A DNA stretch of 60,650 bases. Source: a virus. Lineage: Duplodnaviria > Caudoviricetes. The DNA is taken from positions 1 to 60,650 of IMG/VR virus record IMGVR_UViG_3300006924_000018, one strand, 5' to 3'. Of the stretch, positions 14,949-24,842 are shown in pieces. Below the pieces are notes generated by a model, which worked only from the letters and a program-made list of their open reading frames with translations, did no database searches and had not been told where the DNA came from. Both the position numbers and the translations under genes were made by a program. The number at the start of each line of letters is the position of its first letter. The stretch's first letter is position 1.

Positions 14949-15740
14949 ATGTCAGAAAGAGTAGATCTACTGGAAGAGCATCTTCTACGTAAGTTAGTTT
15001 ATAAGATGATTAAGCAGAAGCTTTCTGAGGCTTCGGTCAAGAGCTCAAACCCTAATGCTCCTCACGACATTACAGCTATGAACTTCCTTGATGAGCTATT
15101 TCAGAACATTATGAAGAATCTAGAATCTGACTATAAGTCTCTCACTACCAGTGATGAACAGAGAGGTTCTTTTTCAGCTCACATCATTAACGCTACCAAC
15201 GATCTTCTCAAGACAATTGACTCCAACCCTGAAGATGGCACTGACGACTCACAGCTAGATAAAGAAATTGATGACCTTATCAGATCTAGTAGTTCAGCCA
15301 GTGCAGCGTCTGAAGAACTAGAGTCCCCACTACAGGAAGAAATTGATATTGAGATCGTTGATGATGAAGACGAGCCTGAAGTTCCTGTAGCTGATATGGA
15401 AGAGCCAGAGATCGATATTGTCAGTAGTGTAGCTGATGAAGAAGACTCAGAAGCTGAAGAGGACGAAGAAGAAAAGCAGAAGTTTGCTGGCGGTCTTGCA
15501 AAGCAGGGACTAGACAATACAGGACGTAATAAGGCTTACGAGTCTTTTAATGACGTCTCCACCCAGATTCAGAGAACCTATGAGCGTATCGATGCAGACT
15601 CTGTGGTACCAGCCGATAAGCTACCAGCTTTCGGTAGAGATATGCCAGAGCGCGACGTATTCCGATACTACATCATTAAGAATCTAATTCTTCACTTCGA
15701 AAACTTCGAGAAAGAACTTCAGAATATGCCCAACGACTGA
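14949..15740 (+). CDS. Acidic hypothetical protein (putative prohead core/scaffold-like)
   Basis: LLEE.LLRKLV N-terminus; D/E-rich linker; several L-x-E sites. Confidence 0.6.
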   Translation: MSERVDLLEEHLLRKLVYKMIKQKLSEASVKSSNPNAPHDITAMNFLDELFQNIMKNLESDYKSLTTSDEQRGSFSAHIINATNDLLKTIDSNPEDGTDDSQLDKEIDDLIRSSSSASAASEELESPLQEEIDIEIVDDEDEPEVPVADMEEPEIDIVSSVADEEDSEAEEDEEEKQKFAGGLAKQGLDNTGRNKAYESFNDVSTQIQRTYERIDADSVVPADKLPAFGRDMPERDVFRYYIIKNLILHFENFEKELQNMPND

Positions 15741-16093
15741 TGTCTTGGAAGAGAAAAAAAAGAACAGTCTCAAAATACGAACAGTATTCCATCTCTAAAG
15801 ACCTGCGAGCTAAAGGTCTTTCAAATGATGAGTTTGAGACTATGATGTCACAGCTTTCTCTTGAGGACCTTATCGCCCTCAAGATGGAGCTTTCTGTAAG
15901 GCCAGCTAATAACAGGCTTTACAGTATTCCTTTGTGGAAGACACTGCCAACGATAGTTCAGGAAGCCATTTTTAAGTTTGCTTATTCCTGCACCAGATCA
16001 CAGAGAGAAGCAATGGCTTTCCTTGGTTTGGAGGCAGTTCGCTTTTATAAATTAAGAAAACGATTTGGTCTAGATCGACTTTTTGAAAAATAG
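15740..16093 (+). CDS. Putative DNA-binding protein with a C-terminal Fis-like HTH
   Basis: SQREAMAFLGL...FYKLRKRFGL. Confidence 0.5.
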   Translation: MSWKRKKRTVSKYEQYSISKDLRAKGLSNDEFETMMSQLSLEDLIALKMELSVRPANNRLYSIPLWKTLPTIVQEAIFKFAYSCTRSQREAMAFLGLEAVRFYKLRKRFGLDRLFEK

Positions 16094-16096
16094 CAG

Positions 16097-16125
16097 TTGA
16101 CATATCCTTTGCAATGTTATAAGTT
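16097..16125 (+). promoter_or_regulatory. Sigma70-type (early) promoter
   Basis: AGTTGACA...TGTTATAAGTT, the same architecture as 5758 and 25758. Confidence 0.65.
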
Positions 16126-16150
16126 TATAATATAAGCAAATGGAGACGCA

Positions 16151-16570
16151 ATGTCTGAAAAGAGACCAACTGTTATGGTAAGCGGCGGATTCGATCCAGT
16201 ACATAAGGGTCATATTCGTATGATTCTAGAGGCCGGCGAATACGGCGATGTCATTGTTGTTGCTAATTCTGATGACTGGCTAATGCGAAAGAAGGGCTAC
16301 GTATTCCAAGATTGGATGCACCGAGCAGAGATCCTTGGAGCAATCCGTGGTGTAGCGTTCGTATCAAAGGTTGATGACAGCGACAACACAGTCTGCGCAG
16401 CCATTCGCGAATGGAAACCTGACTACTTTGCCAACGGTGGCGACCGAGGTAAGGAAAACACACCGGAGCAAGACGTCTGCGAAGAGCTAGGCGTCAAGAT
16501 GCTCTGGGGTGTTGGCGGCGAAGACAAAGCCGCTGCTTCTTCTGAACTTGTAAAGAGAATCAGAAAATGA
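16151..16570 (+). CDS. Cytidylyltransferase-like protein (TagD/RfaE domain II/FAD synthase family)
   Basis: SGGFDPVHKGH, NSDDWL.RKKG, FANGGDR, C-terminal SS. Confidence 0.85.
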   Translation: MSEKRPTVMVSGGFDPVHKGHIRMILEAGEYGDVIVVANSDDWLMRKKGYVFQDWMHRAEILGAIRGVAFVSKVDDSDNTVCAAIREWKPDYFANGGDRGKENTPEQDVCEELGVKMLWGVGGEDKAAASSELVKRIRK

Positions 16571-16794
16571 TTCGTACCGTAAAGCTAAAGAAGGGGACAA
16601 GAATTTATTCTGCGAGGAACGATGCCGACAGGTATACCTCCCCCGACTACCAGAGTTTTACAGAGTTAGAGGAGAACCTACAACTGGAAGTTGCTAGGTA
16701 TGGGGAACTCAAGGACTATGCAGCAGTTAAGGTTGAATTGACTGCAGGCGCATCATTTGGATGGGTCAGAGTCTCTGACATCGAGACTATTTAG
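16567..16794 (+). CDS. Hypothetical protein (SH3-like)
   Basis: ATGA overlap; ends FGWVRVSDI. Confidence 0.55.
   Translation: MIRTVKLKKGTRIYSARNDADRYTSPDYQSFTELEENLQLEVARYGELKDYAAVKVELTAGASFGWVRVSDIETI
16786..16794 (+). promoter_or_regulatory. Putative late promoter motif
   Basis: ACTATTTAG upstream of the PhoH gene. Confidence 0.45.
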
Positions 16795-16823
16795 AGCGGG
16801 ACTAACAGCAAGGAGCTGTAACA

Positions 16824-18179
16824 ATGGCAAAGAAGACTTACGTATTGGATACTAGTGTGTGTTTGTGTGACGCTGATAGCATTTACAGCTATGGAAACAA
16901 CGACATTCTCCTGCCTATTAAGGTACTAGAGGAAATCGACAAGCACAAGAAGCGCCAAGATGGCGTCGGTATGAACGCACGAACAATTATTCGTTATCTA
17001 GACGAACTACGAGCAAAGGGCAGCCTACAAAAAGGTGTAAGGATTGCAAAGGGCAAGGGCATCCTACGAGTCGCAGCCGACAGTATCGAAGACCTTCCAG
17101 CCGATCTAGATGCTAGTGTACCAGATCACAAGATTCTTTCAACAGCTTTGGCAGAAGACCGAACAAATGGAAGTCGTAAAACAATCCTAGTGTCAAGAGA
17201 CATCAACTTGCGCGTCATTTCAGATGCGGTTGGTCTATTGTCCGAGGACTACATTGAGAATCAAATCCTCAAGCGCTCCGAGGGCCTTTACAAAGGCTTT
17301 AAGACAATCTTGGTAGACGAGCAGGTAATTGATTCACACTACGCTGGAGAGGCCGTTTACCTCGACGAGGAAGAGGTTGACAAACTCTTTATAAATGAAT
17401 TCGTTATGTTGGTATCAAATTACAACGATAAAAAGTCTGCTCTTGCAAGATATGTCGGCCCGCACAGTCCACTTCTATCCCTACAGGAGTTCAAGCGCGG
17501 CCTCTGGGGCGTTCACGCTCGCAACAAAGAGCAGCTATTCGCACTCAACCTACTAATGGACCCAAGCGTCCAGATTGTTTCACTTGTCGGCAAGGCAGGA
17601 TCTGGTAAGACCCTCATTTCTATTGCTGCTGGTCTAGAGCAGGTAATTTCAAATCCTAGTATTATGGATATGGCAAATGGCAAGCATCGCGGCGAAGGCT
17701 TGTACAAGAAGCTAGTAGTATCACGACCAGTTATGCCTATGGGTAAAGATATTGGCTTCTTGCCGGGTACAATGGAAGAAAAGATGGCCCCGTGGCTAGC
17801 ACCTGTACAGGATAATCTTAAGTTCCTTACTGGTAACGACCAGACCACACTACAGCAGTATATGGATAAGGGTGTTATCGAGATGGAGGCACTTACATAT
17901 ATCCGTGGCCGCTCAATTGCCAATGCTTTTATTGTCATCGACGAGGCACAGAACTTGACACAGCACGAGATCAAGACAATCCTAACTCGCGTTGGCGAAG
18001 GTACAAAGATCGTCCTAACTGGTGACGTAGAACAGATTGACAACATTTACATCAATGAGCGCTCATCTGGCCTTACACACGCCGTTGAGAGATTTAAGCA
18101 GCACCCTATTGCTGGCCACATTACCCTACGAAAGGGTGAACGTTCAGAGGTCGCATCACTCGCTGCCAAGGTACTATGA
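16824..18179 (+). CDS. phoH: PIN-domain PhoH-family ATPase
   Basis: YVLDTS PIN start; G.AGSGKT Walker A; IGFLPG; YIRGRS; IDEAQN; TRVGEGTKIVLTGD.EQID. Confidence 0.92.
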   Translation: MAKKTYVLDTSVCLCDADSIYSYGNNDILLPIKVLEEIDKHKKRQDGVGMNARTIIRYLDELRAKGSLQKGVRIAKGKGILRVAADSIEDLPADLDASVPDHKILSTALAEDRTNGSRKTILVSRDINLRVISDAVGLLSEDYIENQILKRSEGLYKGFKTILVDEQVIDSHYAGEAVYLDEEEVDKLFINEFVMLVSNYNDKKSALARYVGPHSPLLSLQEFKRGLWGVHARNKEQLFALNLLMDPSVQIVSLVGKAGSGKTLISIAAGLEQVISNPSIMDMANGKHRGEGLYKKLVVSRPVMPMGKDIGFLPGTMEEKMAPWLAPVQDNLKFLTGNDQTTLQQYMDKGVIEMEALTYIRGRSIANAFIVIDEAQNLTQHEIKTILTRVGEGTKIVLTGDVEQIDNIYINERSSGLTHAVERFKQHPIAGHITLRKGERSEVASLAAKVL

Positions 18180-18186
18180 GGATACT

Positions 18187-18480
18187 ATGTTAAACGAAGA
18201 AGACGTAATCAACCAAGATTTGTACAGTACTGTCGAGGCCGATACCGGCCTCAAGGCACTAGTTACAGAGTATGTCGGCAATCGACTGCTACCGGTAGAC
18301 AATCAAGTTACACTTGATATGGTCATCGAAGTCTTTGCTACTGAGTTCCCTGAGTTCCTATTGCCAGTCGCGGAAGAGAATTTTATTCGTGGCTACAAGC
18401 AGGCGATGAACGACTTGGACAACAGCAAAGATATTTTCGCTGGCCTAGAGGATTTTGTTAATGCCATTACGGAAGAGTGA
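18187..18480 (+). CDS. Conserved phage hypothetical protein
   Basis: ATG 18187 after GAGGA; FPEFLLPVAEENFIRGY. Confidence 0.7.
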   Translation: MLNEEDVINQDLYSTVEADTGLKALVTEYVGNRLLPVDNQVTLDMVIEVFATEFPEFLLPVAEENFIRGYKQAMNDLDNSKDIFAGLEDFVNAITEE

Positions 18481-18853
18481 AATTAGAGAGACTGGCGAAG
18501 GTCAGGTCGAGGTTGTAGTCGAATACGAGATCCGAAGGGTCTTCCACAAGCGACAAGGCATCCCGGTAATGATTTTTAAAGATTCTGATGCTATTGAGCT
18601 ATTGGAATCTGCTGGCTATGATAAGTATAAATTGACCACCGATGGCGTAGTAGCCTCTAACTCCATCAGATTTCCACAAGTAGCAGTTTGGAAATTTGCA
18701 AAAGTTCTTGACACTCCAAAAAAGAAGAGGTACAATAGATCACGTAAGAAGAAAGTAACTCCTTCTCTTACTGATCTGGAGGAGTCGTGCGAGAACACAT
18801 CTCATTCTCCGAGTTCAAGCTCTGGTCAGAGTGTACTTGGAGACACAAACTAA
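18461..18853 (+). CDS. Hypothetical protein
   Basis: ATG 18461 after GAGGA; basic C-terminal part. Confidence 0.55.
   Translation: MPLRKSEIRETGEGQVEVVVEYEIRRVFHKRQGIPVMIFKDSDAIELLESAGYDKYKLTTDGVVASNSIRFPQVAVWKFAKVLDTPKKKRYNRSRKKKVTPSLTDLEESCENTSHSPSSSSGQSVLGDTN
18708..18736 (+). promoter_or_regulatory. Sigma70-type promoter inside the upstream CDS
   Basis: TTGACA-17 nt-TACAAT, 50 nt upstream of the nuclease start. Confidence 0.65.
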
Positions 18854-19551
18854 AGTACATCGAAGGTCTTGATGGTTTTACCGGCAACGCTTTTACAGCG
18901 TTCGGCTCTGCCATCCACTCTGCTTGCGAAGAGATCGCAGTAAAGAACCTCGAAGGCATCGAAGAGAAGTTTGAAAAGTTTTTCGACAACGAGATCGAAG
19001 AGCTTGAAGAGGTCACTGACCGTGACCGCAAACTTCTCACAGAGATGAGAGATCAAGGAAAGAATATCCTTCCACACGTTTTGGTTGAGCTGGAGAAGCA
19101 GTTCCCAAATTTTGAACTTGTTGCGGTGGAAGAGGATTTGTTCGAAGAATTCGAGGAAGGTGGCCTTAAGTTTAAGGGCTATATTGACCTCGTTCTTAAG
19201 TCGGAAGACGGTAAGTACCACATTATTGACTGGAAATCTTGCTCTTGGGGCTGGGATGCCCGCAAGAAGGCAGACAAGATTCTGGGCTACCAGCTAGTCT
19301 TCTATAAGTGGTTCTGGGCTAGGAAGCACGATGTACCTCTAGAGAACATCGAGACCCACTTCGGACTTCTAAAAAGAACAGCAAAGAAAAATAACGTTGA
19401 GATCTTCAGGGTCACCAGTGGCCAGAAAAAGGTCGACAATGCGTTGACTGCACTTAAGAATGCAGTTATAAATATTAAGAGACAAAGGTTCATCAAGAAC
19501 CGCCTGTCTTGCAAGTATTGTCCTTTTTATAGGACTGAACATTGTAGGTGA
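18787..19551 (+). CDS. PD-(D/E)XK nuclease, Cas4/AddB-like
   Basis: ISFS..C..; FGSAIH; E; KGYIDLV; IIDWKS; QL..Y; C-terminal CKYCP.....HC; GGAGG RBS with GTG start. Confidence 0.85.
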   Translation: MREHISFSEFKLWSECTWRHKLKYIEGLDGFTGNAFTAFGSAIHSACEEIAVKNLEGIEEKFEKFFDNEIEELEEVTDRDRKLLTEMRDQGKNILPHVLVELEKQFPNFELVAVEEDLFEEFEEGGLKFKGYIDLVLKSEDGKYHIIDWKSCSWGWDARKKADKILGYQLVFYKWFWARKHDVPLENIETHFGLLKRTAKKNNVEIFRVTSGQKKVDNALTALKNAVINIKRQRFIKNRLSCKYCPFYRTEHCR

Positions 19552-19559
19552 GGAATTAA

Positions 19560-20828
19560 ATGACAACAGATAAGAAGACAAAAGTATTTGTGATTTCCGA
19601 TCACCCATTCGCTCCTTCTGGAGTTGGCACACAGACGCGCTACATCATCGAATCGCTACTAGAGACTGGCCGATACCAGTTCGTATGCTTTGGTGGAGCA
19701 GTGTCTCATCGTGACTACTCCCCGCAGAAGACCGAGCAGTGGGGCGACGATTTGATCGTATACCCAGTTCAAGGCTACGGAACACAAGAGCAGGTCCGCT
19801 CTTTGCTAATGCAGCAGCGCCCTGATATTCTATGGTTTATGACCGACCCCCGCTTTTATCAGTGGTTGTGGGATATGGAGAACGAAGTTCGTGTACACAT
19901 CCCTATGGTCTACTATCACGTTTGGGACAACTTCCCAGCACCAACATTCAACCGCTCATACTATGAGTCAACTGATGTTATCGCAACTATCTCAAAGGTA
20001 ACAGATGAGATTGTAAAGCAGGTAGCGCCTTCAGTTGAGCGCCACTACCTACCACACGCAGTAGATATGAATGTATTCAAGCCAGCAGAGGAGCACCAGC
20101 GCCTCGCATTGCGTCAGCAGCAGTTTGGCCCTGATTCCGAAGACAAGTTTATTTGCTTCTGGAATAATCGAAATGCACGTCGAAAGATGTCAGGCTCTTT
20201 GGTATTTTGGTTCCACGAGTGGGCACAAAAGGTTGGCACCGATAATGTCAAGCTCGTTATGCACACTGATCCAAAGGACTCAAACGGTCAAGACCTAGAA
20301 GCTATTGTACACGAACTTGATGCCACAGGCGGACACATTGTTTTCTCAAAGAGCAAGGTAGAGCCACAGCACTTGGCAGCTATGTACAATATTTCAGACG
20401 TAACAATTAACATCTCAGATGCTGAAGGCTTCGGCCTAGCGACTCTAGAGTCACTTTCTTGCGGAACACCAATCATCGTAAATATGACTGGCGGACTACA
20501 GGAGCAGGTCACAGATGGTGACGAGTGGTTTGGTATTGGTATCGAGCCTTCGTCTCGCGCCGTTATTGGGTCACAGCAGGTGCCCTTTATTTATGAAGAC
20601 CGAATCTCCAAGGAAGATTTTCACGCGGCTCTAGACCGTATGTATGAGCTTTCTAGAGAGGAAAGAGGGGAGCTTGGCGCCAAGGGTCGCAATCACATTG
20701 AGAAGAATTATAACTTCGAGACTTTCAAGACCCGTTGGATTGAGCTTATGGACTCCATTCACGAGCGATATGGCTCTTGGGAGAATAGAAAGGGCTACTC
20801 CCCTTGGGAACTAAAGGAGATTAAGTGA
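19560..20828 (+). CDS. Glycosyltransferase family 4 (GT-B)
   Basis: SDHP..PSGVG; NRNARRK; EGFGLATLESLSCGTP. Confidence 0.9.
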   Translation: MTTDKKTKVFVISDHPFAPSGVGTQTRYIIESLLETGRYQFVCFGGAVSHRDYSPQKTEQWGDDLIVYPVQGYGTQEQVRSLLMQQRPDILWFMTDPRFYQWLWDMENEVRVHIPMVYYHVWDNFPAPTFNRSYYESTDVIATISKVTDEIVKQVAPSVERHYLPHAVDMNVFKPAEEHQRLALRQQQFGPDSEDKFICFWNNRNARRKMSGSLVFWFHEWAQKVGTDNVKLVMHTDPKDSNGQDLEAIVHELDATGGHIVFSKSKVEPQHLAAMYNISDVTINISDAEGFGLATLESLSCGTPIIVNMTGGLQEQVTDGDEWFGIGIEPSSRAVIGSQQVPFIYEDRISKEDFHAALDRMYELSREERGELGAKGRNHIEKNYNFETFKTRWIELMDSIHERYGSWENRKGYSPWELKEIK

Positions 20829-22054
20829 TGAAGAGAATTATTTTTAGAGGCCCTTGCCTCTCACAGTCCGGCTACGGTGAGCACGCTCGTATGGTTTTGC
20901 GCGCTCTCCGCACTCGCGAAGAAGAACTAGACATCGCTATTATCCCTGTTGGTTGGGGTCAGACAGGCTGGGTAACAGACCCTTCTGAGTTCCGCGCTTG
21001 GATGGACGCTGCGATCCTAAAGGGCCAGCAGTACATTCAGCAGAAGGTTCCTTTTGATATTTCAATTCAGGTTGCAATCCCCGGCGAATTTGAGCGTCTA
21101 GCTCCTGTTAACATCGGGGTTACAGCGGGTATCGAGACAACTAAGATGTCACCAGACTGGGTGCAGAAGTCTAATATGATGGACAAGATCATTACTATCT
21201 CAGAGCACGCCAAGTGGTCTTTTGAGAACACCTCATACGAAGGTAAGGACCAGTTCGGTAATGATGTCACGCTAAAGATAACAGCCCCTGTAGAAGTAGT
21301 TGGATACCCAGTCCGAGACATCACGCCGGACGAGAGCTTTAGCCTAGACCTTGAAACAGATTTCAACTACCTAGCAGTCGGCCAGTGGGGTCCACGAAAG
21401 AACCTCGCTAGCCTAATCACTTGGTGGCTGCAGGAATGCTGGGATCAGCCAGTTGGCCTCGTACTCAAGACAAGTACAAGAAGAAATAATGTTATGGATC
21501 GCAACTTCACACAGCAGCGCCTCCAGAACATCGTAGATTCTGTTAAGCTTGACGAATCCGAGCGTCAATGCAAGGTGTACCTCCTACACGGAGACCTCTC
21601 CGAGCCAGAGATGCAAGCACTATATGCCAATGATAAGATTTCCTGTATGATCACAACAACTCACGGCGAAGGCTTTGGCCTTCCTATGTTTGAGTTTGCA
21701 CAGCACGGAAAGCCAATCATTGCTCCAGAGTGGTCAGGTCACCTAGACTTCCTCACCAATGCCAAGCGCAAGCCCGGATTTATGCCAGTGAGATATACAC
21801 TAGCACAGATTCAGCCACAGGCAGTAGTTGAGAATATGCTAATTCCAGAATCACAGTGGTGCTACGCCGAGGAAGCCTCTTTTAAGCAGCGCCTACGACA
21901 GGTCAAGAAGAGCGATAAGTGGTCTAAGCGCGCAGCAGAGCACGTAGATTACATCCTTGAGCAGTTCGACGCAGACAGGATCAACAATATGTTCTGCGAC
22001 GCAGTTCTAGGTAGCCAAGAGGCAACTGAAGATGAATATGAAATCATTCTTTGA
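20828..22054 (+). CDS. Glycosyltransferase family 4 (GT-B)
   Basis: SGYGEHAR; RKN; HGEGFGLPMFEFA..GKPII...WSGHLDF. Confidence 0.9.
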   Translation: MKRIIFRGPCLSQSGYGEHARMVLRALRTREEELDIAIIPVGWGQTGWVTDPSEFRAWMDAAILKGQQYIQQKVPFDISIQVAIPGEFERLAPVNIGVTAGIETTKMSPDWVQKSNMMDKIITISEHAKWSFENTSYEGKDQFGNDVTLKITAPVEVVGYPVRDITPDESFSLDLETDFNYLAVGQWGPRKNLASLITWWLQECWDQPVGLVLKTSTRRNNVMDRNFTQQRLQNIVDSVKLDESERQCKVYLLHGDLSEPEMQALYANDKISCMITTTHGEGFGLPMFEFAQHGKPIIAPEWSGHLDFLTNAKRKPGFMPVRYTLAQIQPQAVVENMLIPESQWCYAEEASFKQRLRQVKKSDKWSKRAAEHVDYILEQFDADRINNMFCDAVLGSQEATEDEYEIIL

Positions 22055-23066
22055 GTGTAGCTTTTTCAAGTCTCCCCCGCAGCGAGAAGGCAGTTTTGTC
22101 GTCAAGCAGGGGGAGCTTGCTATCAAGGACTTCAATCCATCAGATGCAAGGCACAAGTTTCAGAAGCAGGAGATTAAATACTCCTGCTTTTGGCTTAAGC
22201 AAGAAAACTGGGATTCCTCGAAGCCAGCAATCATTATCCCGATCAAGGATAACAACAAGCTTTTGAAGATTACCTGCGACAACCTTATCGAGACGCAGGT
22301 TGCATCTGTAGCTAACGTAATCATTGTTGACGACCGGTCAGAAGAAGACATCAAGTCGACTGCTATTTCAAGCGGCTTTTCATATCTTCGAGTGGACAAT
22401 GATAAGGGCTTTAATTTTTCGATGCTTAACAACATCGCAGCAAAGCTATGTGATGACAATGGCGTAAAAACTATTGTTCTTTGGAACTCTGATCTTTGGG
22501 CTAGAAGTAAAGAAGACTTCACTAGCCTTTTGGGGAAGCACAGAGAGTCAGGTAGCAAGCTTTCGGGGACCAAGTTGGTATACCCGCCAGCAGCTATGAG
22601 TCTAAATAAGGAAGTCGACACTGATAATATCAAGACTTTCTTTCCGAATATGACAGACGGGCGCTGGCGAGAGACTGTGCAATTTGGTGGAGATACGTGG
22701 GTACCACACCCACAAGGCTGGGGGCCAAACCATTTCAAGCGTTTCGCACAGCCAGAAAATCCATACGTAGATTGTGACAGAGGATGCTCTTTCATTACAG
22801 GGGCACTTCAGGTTTGGGACCTTCAATATTTTAAAAAACTCGGTGGACTCAATCCGAGTATGGCCAAGCAACATCAAGATGTCGACCTTTGCCTTAAGGC
22901 AATCAAATCCGGCATTGTACCGATGTATTTTGGCAAAGACAGAATGTTTTACCACGATGAATCTGCCATTCTTATGAAGGAAGGCAAAAATGACTTGCAA
23001 ACAGTCAGCGATTCTGTTATATTTTACAAAACTTGGAACGAAAAGATTCCACAATTAGTTTTTTAG
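22032..23066 (+). CDS. Glycosyltransferase family 2 (GT-A)
   Basis: IIIPIKD, IIVDDRS, FNFS.LNN, WNSD, TGA, GGL, QDVDLCL. Confidence 0.85.
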   Translation: MNMKSFFECSFFKSPPQREGSFVVKQGELAIKDFNPSDARHKFQKQEIKYSCFWLKQENWDSSKPAIIIPIKDNNKLLKITCDNLIETQVASVANVIIVDDRSEEDIKSTAISSGFSYLRVDNDKGFNFSMLNNIAAKLCDDNGVKTIVLWNSDLWARSKEDFTSLLGKHRESGSKLSGTKLVYPPAAMSLNKEVDTDNIKTFFPNMTDGRWRETVQFGGDTWVPHPQGWGPNHFKRFAQPENPYVDCDRGCSFITGALQVWDLQYFKKLGGLNPSMAKQHQDVDLCLKAIKSGIVPMYFGKDRMFYHDESAILMKEGKNDLQTVSDSVIFYKTWNEKIPQLVF

Positions 23067-23075
23067 GAGTTAATC

Positions 23076-24077
23076 GTGGCAGAAACAGTATTGATCACAG
23101 GTGGTGCCGGATTTATCGGTCATCACCTTATTTATCGTATGCTAAACGACACTGATTACAATGTGGTAATCCTTGATCGCCTAGATACGTCTGGAAACCT
23201 TAACCGTGTACACGAGGTTCTTGAGCTCGATAGTTCATATCGATCCCGAGTTAAGTTTGTGTGGCACGACCTTAAGGCTCCAATCAACGAAGTACTAGCA
23301 AAGCAGATTGGCGATGTACATTATGTATTTCACCTCGCAGCTGGTTCGCACGTTGATCGCTCTATTGAGTACCCTCTAGAATTTGTTCTAGACAACGTAG
23401 TAGGTACAACAAACCTACTCGATTATGCGAGAACACACATTCGCGACACTATGAAGTTGTTCCTATACTTCTCCACCGATGAAGTGTTCGGCCCAGCACC
23501 AGAAGGCGTTTTGTACAAGGAGTGGGATCGCTACAATTCAGGCAATCCTTACTCTGCATCAAAGGCCGGTGCAGAGGAGATGTGCTTGGCGTACTGCAAC
23601 ACATACCGTATGCCCATCATCATTACGCACACAATGAATGTTTTTGGTATCCGTCAGCACCCAGAGAAGTACATTCCACTTCTCATCCAAAAGGTCCGTG
23701 ACGGCGAGAAGGTAACAATTCATTCAAACCCATCAAAGACAAAGGCTGGCAGCCGCTTCTACATTAACACAGAAGACGTCGCATCAGCTATGATGTTCCT
23801 AATGGACAATCACAAGATTGGTGACAAGTACAACATTGTTGGCGAGCGAGAGATGGATAATCTTGAGCTAGCACAGACAGTCGCATCCATTATGGGCAAG
23901 CCACTCAATTACGAGATGGTAGATTTTCACTCTTCACGTCCGGGCCACGACCTACGTTATGCGCTCTGCGGCGAGAAGATGGAAAAGATGGGCTGGGTAC
24001 CAGAGCAGTCAGTCACAGAGCGTCTACGCGAAGTAATTGATTGGTCACTACAAAATAATCATTGGCTACTTAAGTGA
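23076..24077 (+). CDS. rmlB: dTDP-glucose 4,6-dehydratase
   Basis: TGGAGFIG, HLAAGSHVDRSI, STDEVFG, YSASKAG, QHPEKYIP, RPGHDLRYA. Confidence 0.9.
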   Translation: MAETVLITGGAGFIGHHLIYRMLNDTDYNVVILDRLDTSGNLNRVHEVLELDSSYRSRVKFVWHDLKAPINEVLAKQIGDVHYVFHLAAGSHVDRSIEYPLEFVLDNVVGTTNLLDYARTHIRDTMKLFLYFSTDEVFGPAPEGVLYKEWDRYNSGNPYSASKAGAEEMCLAYCNTYRMPIIITHTMNVFGIRQHPEKYIPLLIQKVRDGEKVTIHSNPSKTKAGSRFYINTEDVASAMMFLMDNHKIGDKYNIVGEREMDNLELAQTVASIMGKPLNYEMVDFHSSRPGHDLRYALCGEKMEKMGWVPEQSVTERLREVIDWSLQNNHWLLK

Positions 24078-24083
24078 GGTAAC

Positions 24084-24842
24084 GTGAGCATCATCGGAAT
24101 TACAAGAATCAGAAACGAAGCTGATATTATCAAGAGTACTCTAGATCACGTATCAGAATTTGTAGATGAGATTATGGTTTTCGATGATTGTTCAACCGAC
24201 AGCACAGTCGAGGTTTGCAAGAGCCACGAGAAAGTGACAAAGATTATTAGAGCAAAAAGCTGGGAACCCAATCCGGTTCGTCGACAAGTTCTAGAAGGTA
24301 CGCAGCGTCAGGCAGTGTACAATCTAGCAGCAAAGTCTTCACCGGATTGGGTTTACTACTTTGACTCTGATGAGTTTGCCTACCTAGAGGGAGTGGACCT
24401 AGAGGACACCTCGGTAGGAGCTTACGAGATGCGTCTGTTTGATTACTATATCACACCTGAAGACGTAGATAAGACATTCCTAGAGCGAAAGTGGATTGGC
24501 CCTGAGTACAGAGACATTATGACCCTTTTCAGACCAACTCCTTTCGTTAGGTTCCACACAAGAGTGCCTGCAGGTGTCGGGCAAAAGAGCAAGGCTGGCT
24601 TTATTAAGCACTACGGCAAGGCAATCTCGGTCGAACAGTGGGAGAGCACTTGCGATTATTACATCAATCACTTGTTTGAGAATCAGCCCGGTAATTCAAC
24701 CATCTCCGAAAAGTGGAGAAAAAGAAAGGGCAAAGCAGTACACGACGGAATCTCTGATTTTGGTCGCAAGTTGATTACTTGGGCAGATAGAGACAACCCA
24801 AGTCTAGTAGTAGACAATTCGTTTGGACAGGCAGAAAGATGA
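24084..24842 (+). CDS. Glycosyltransferase family 2 (T4 beta-glucosyl-HMC-alpha-glucosyltransferase/WaaE-like GT-A)
   Basis: RNEADII, DDCSTDST, FDSDE, KHYG. Confidence 0.75.
   Translation: MSIIGITRIRNEADIIKSTLDHVSEFVDEIMVFDDCSTDSTVEVCKSHEKVTKIIRAKSWEPNPVRRQVLEGTQRQAVYNLAAKSSPDWVYYFDSDEFAYLEGVDLEDTSVGAYEMRLFDYYITPEDVDKTFLERKWIGPEYRDIMTLFRPTPFVRFHTRVPAGVGQKSKAGFIKHYGKAISVEQWESTCDYYINHLFENQPGNSTISEKWRKRKGKAVHDGISDFGRKLITWADRDNPSLVVDNSFGQAER

Noticed and set aside
18787-19551. CRISPR-Cas system suggested by the Cas4-like gene
   Set aside because: No repeat-spacer array or other cas genes are visible in the window.
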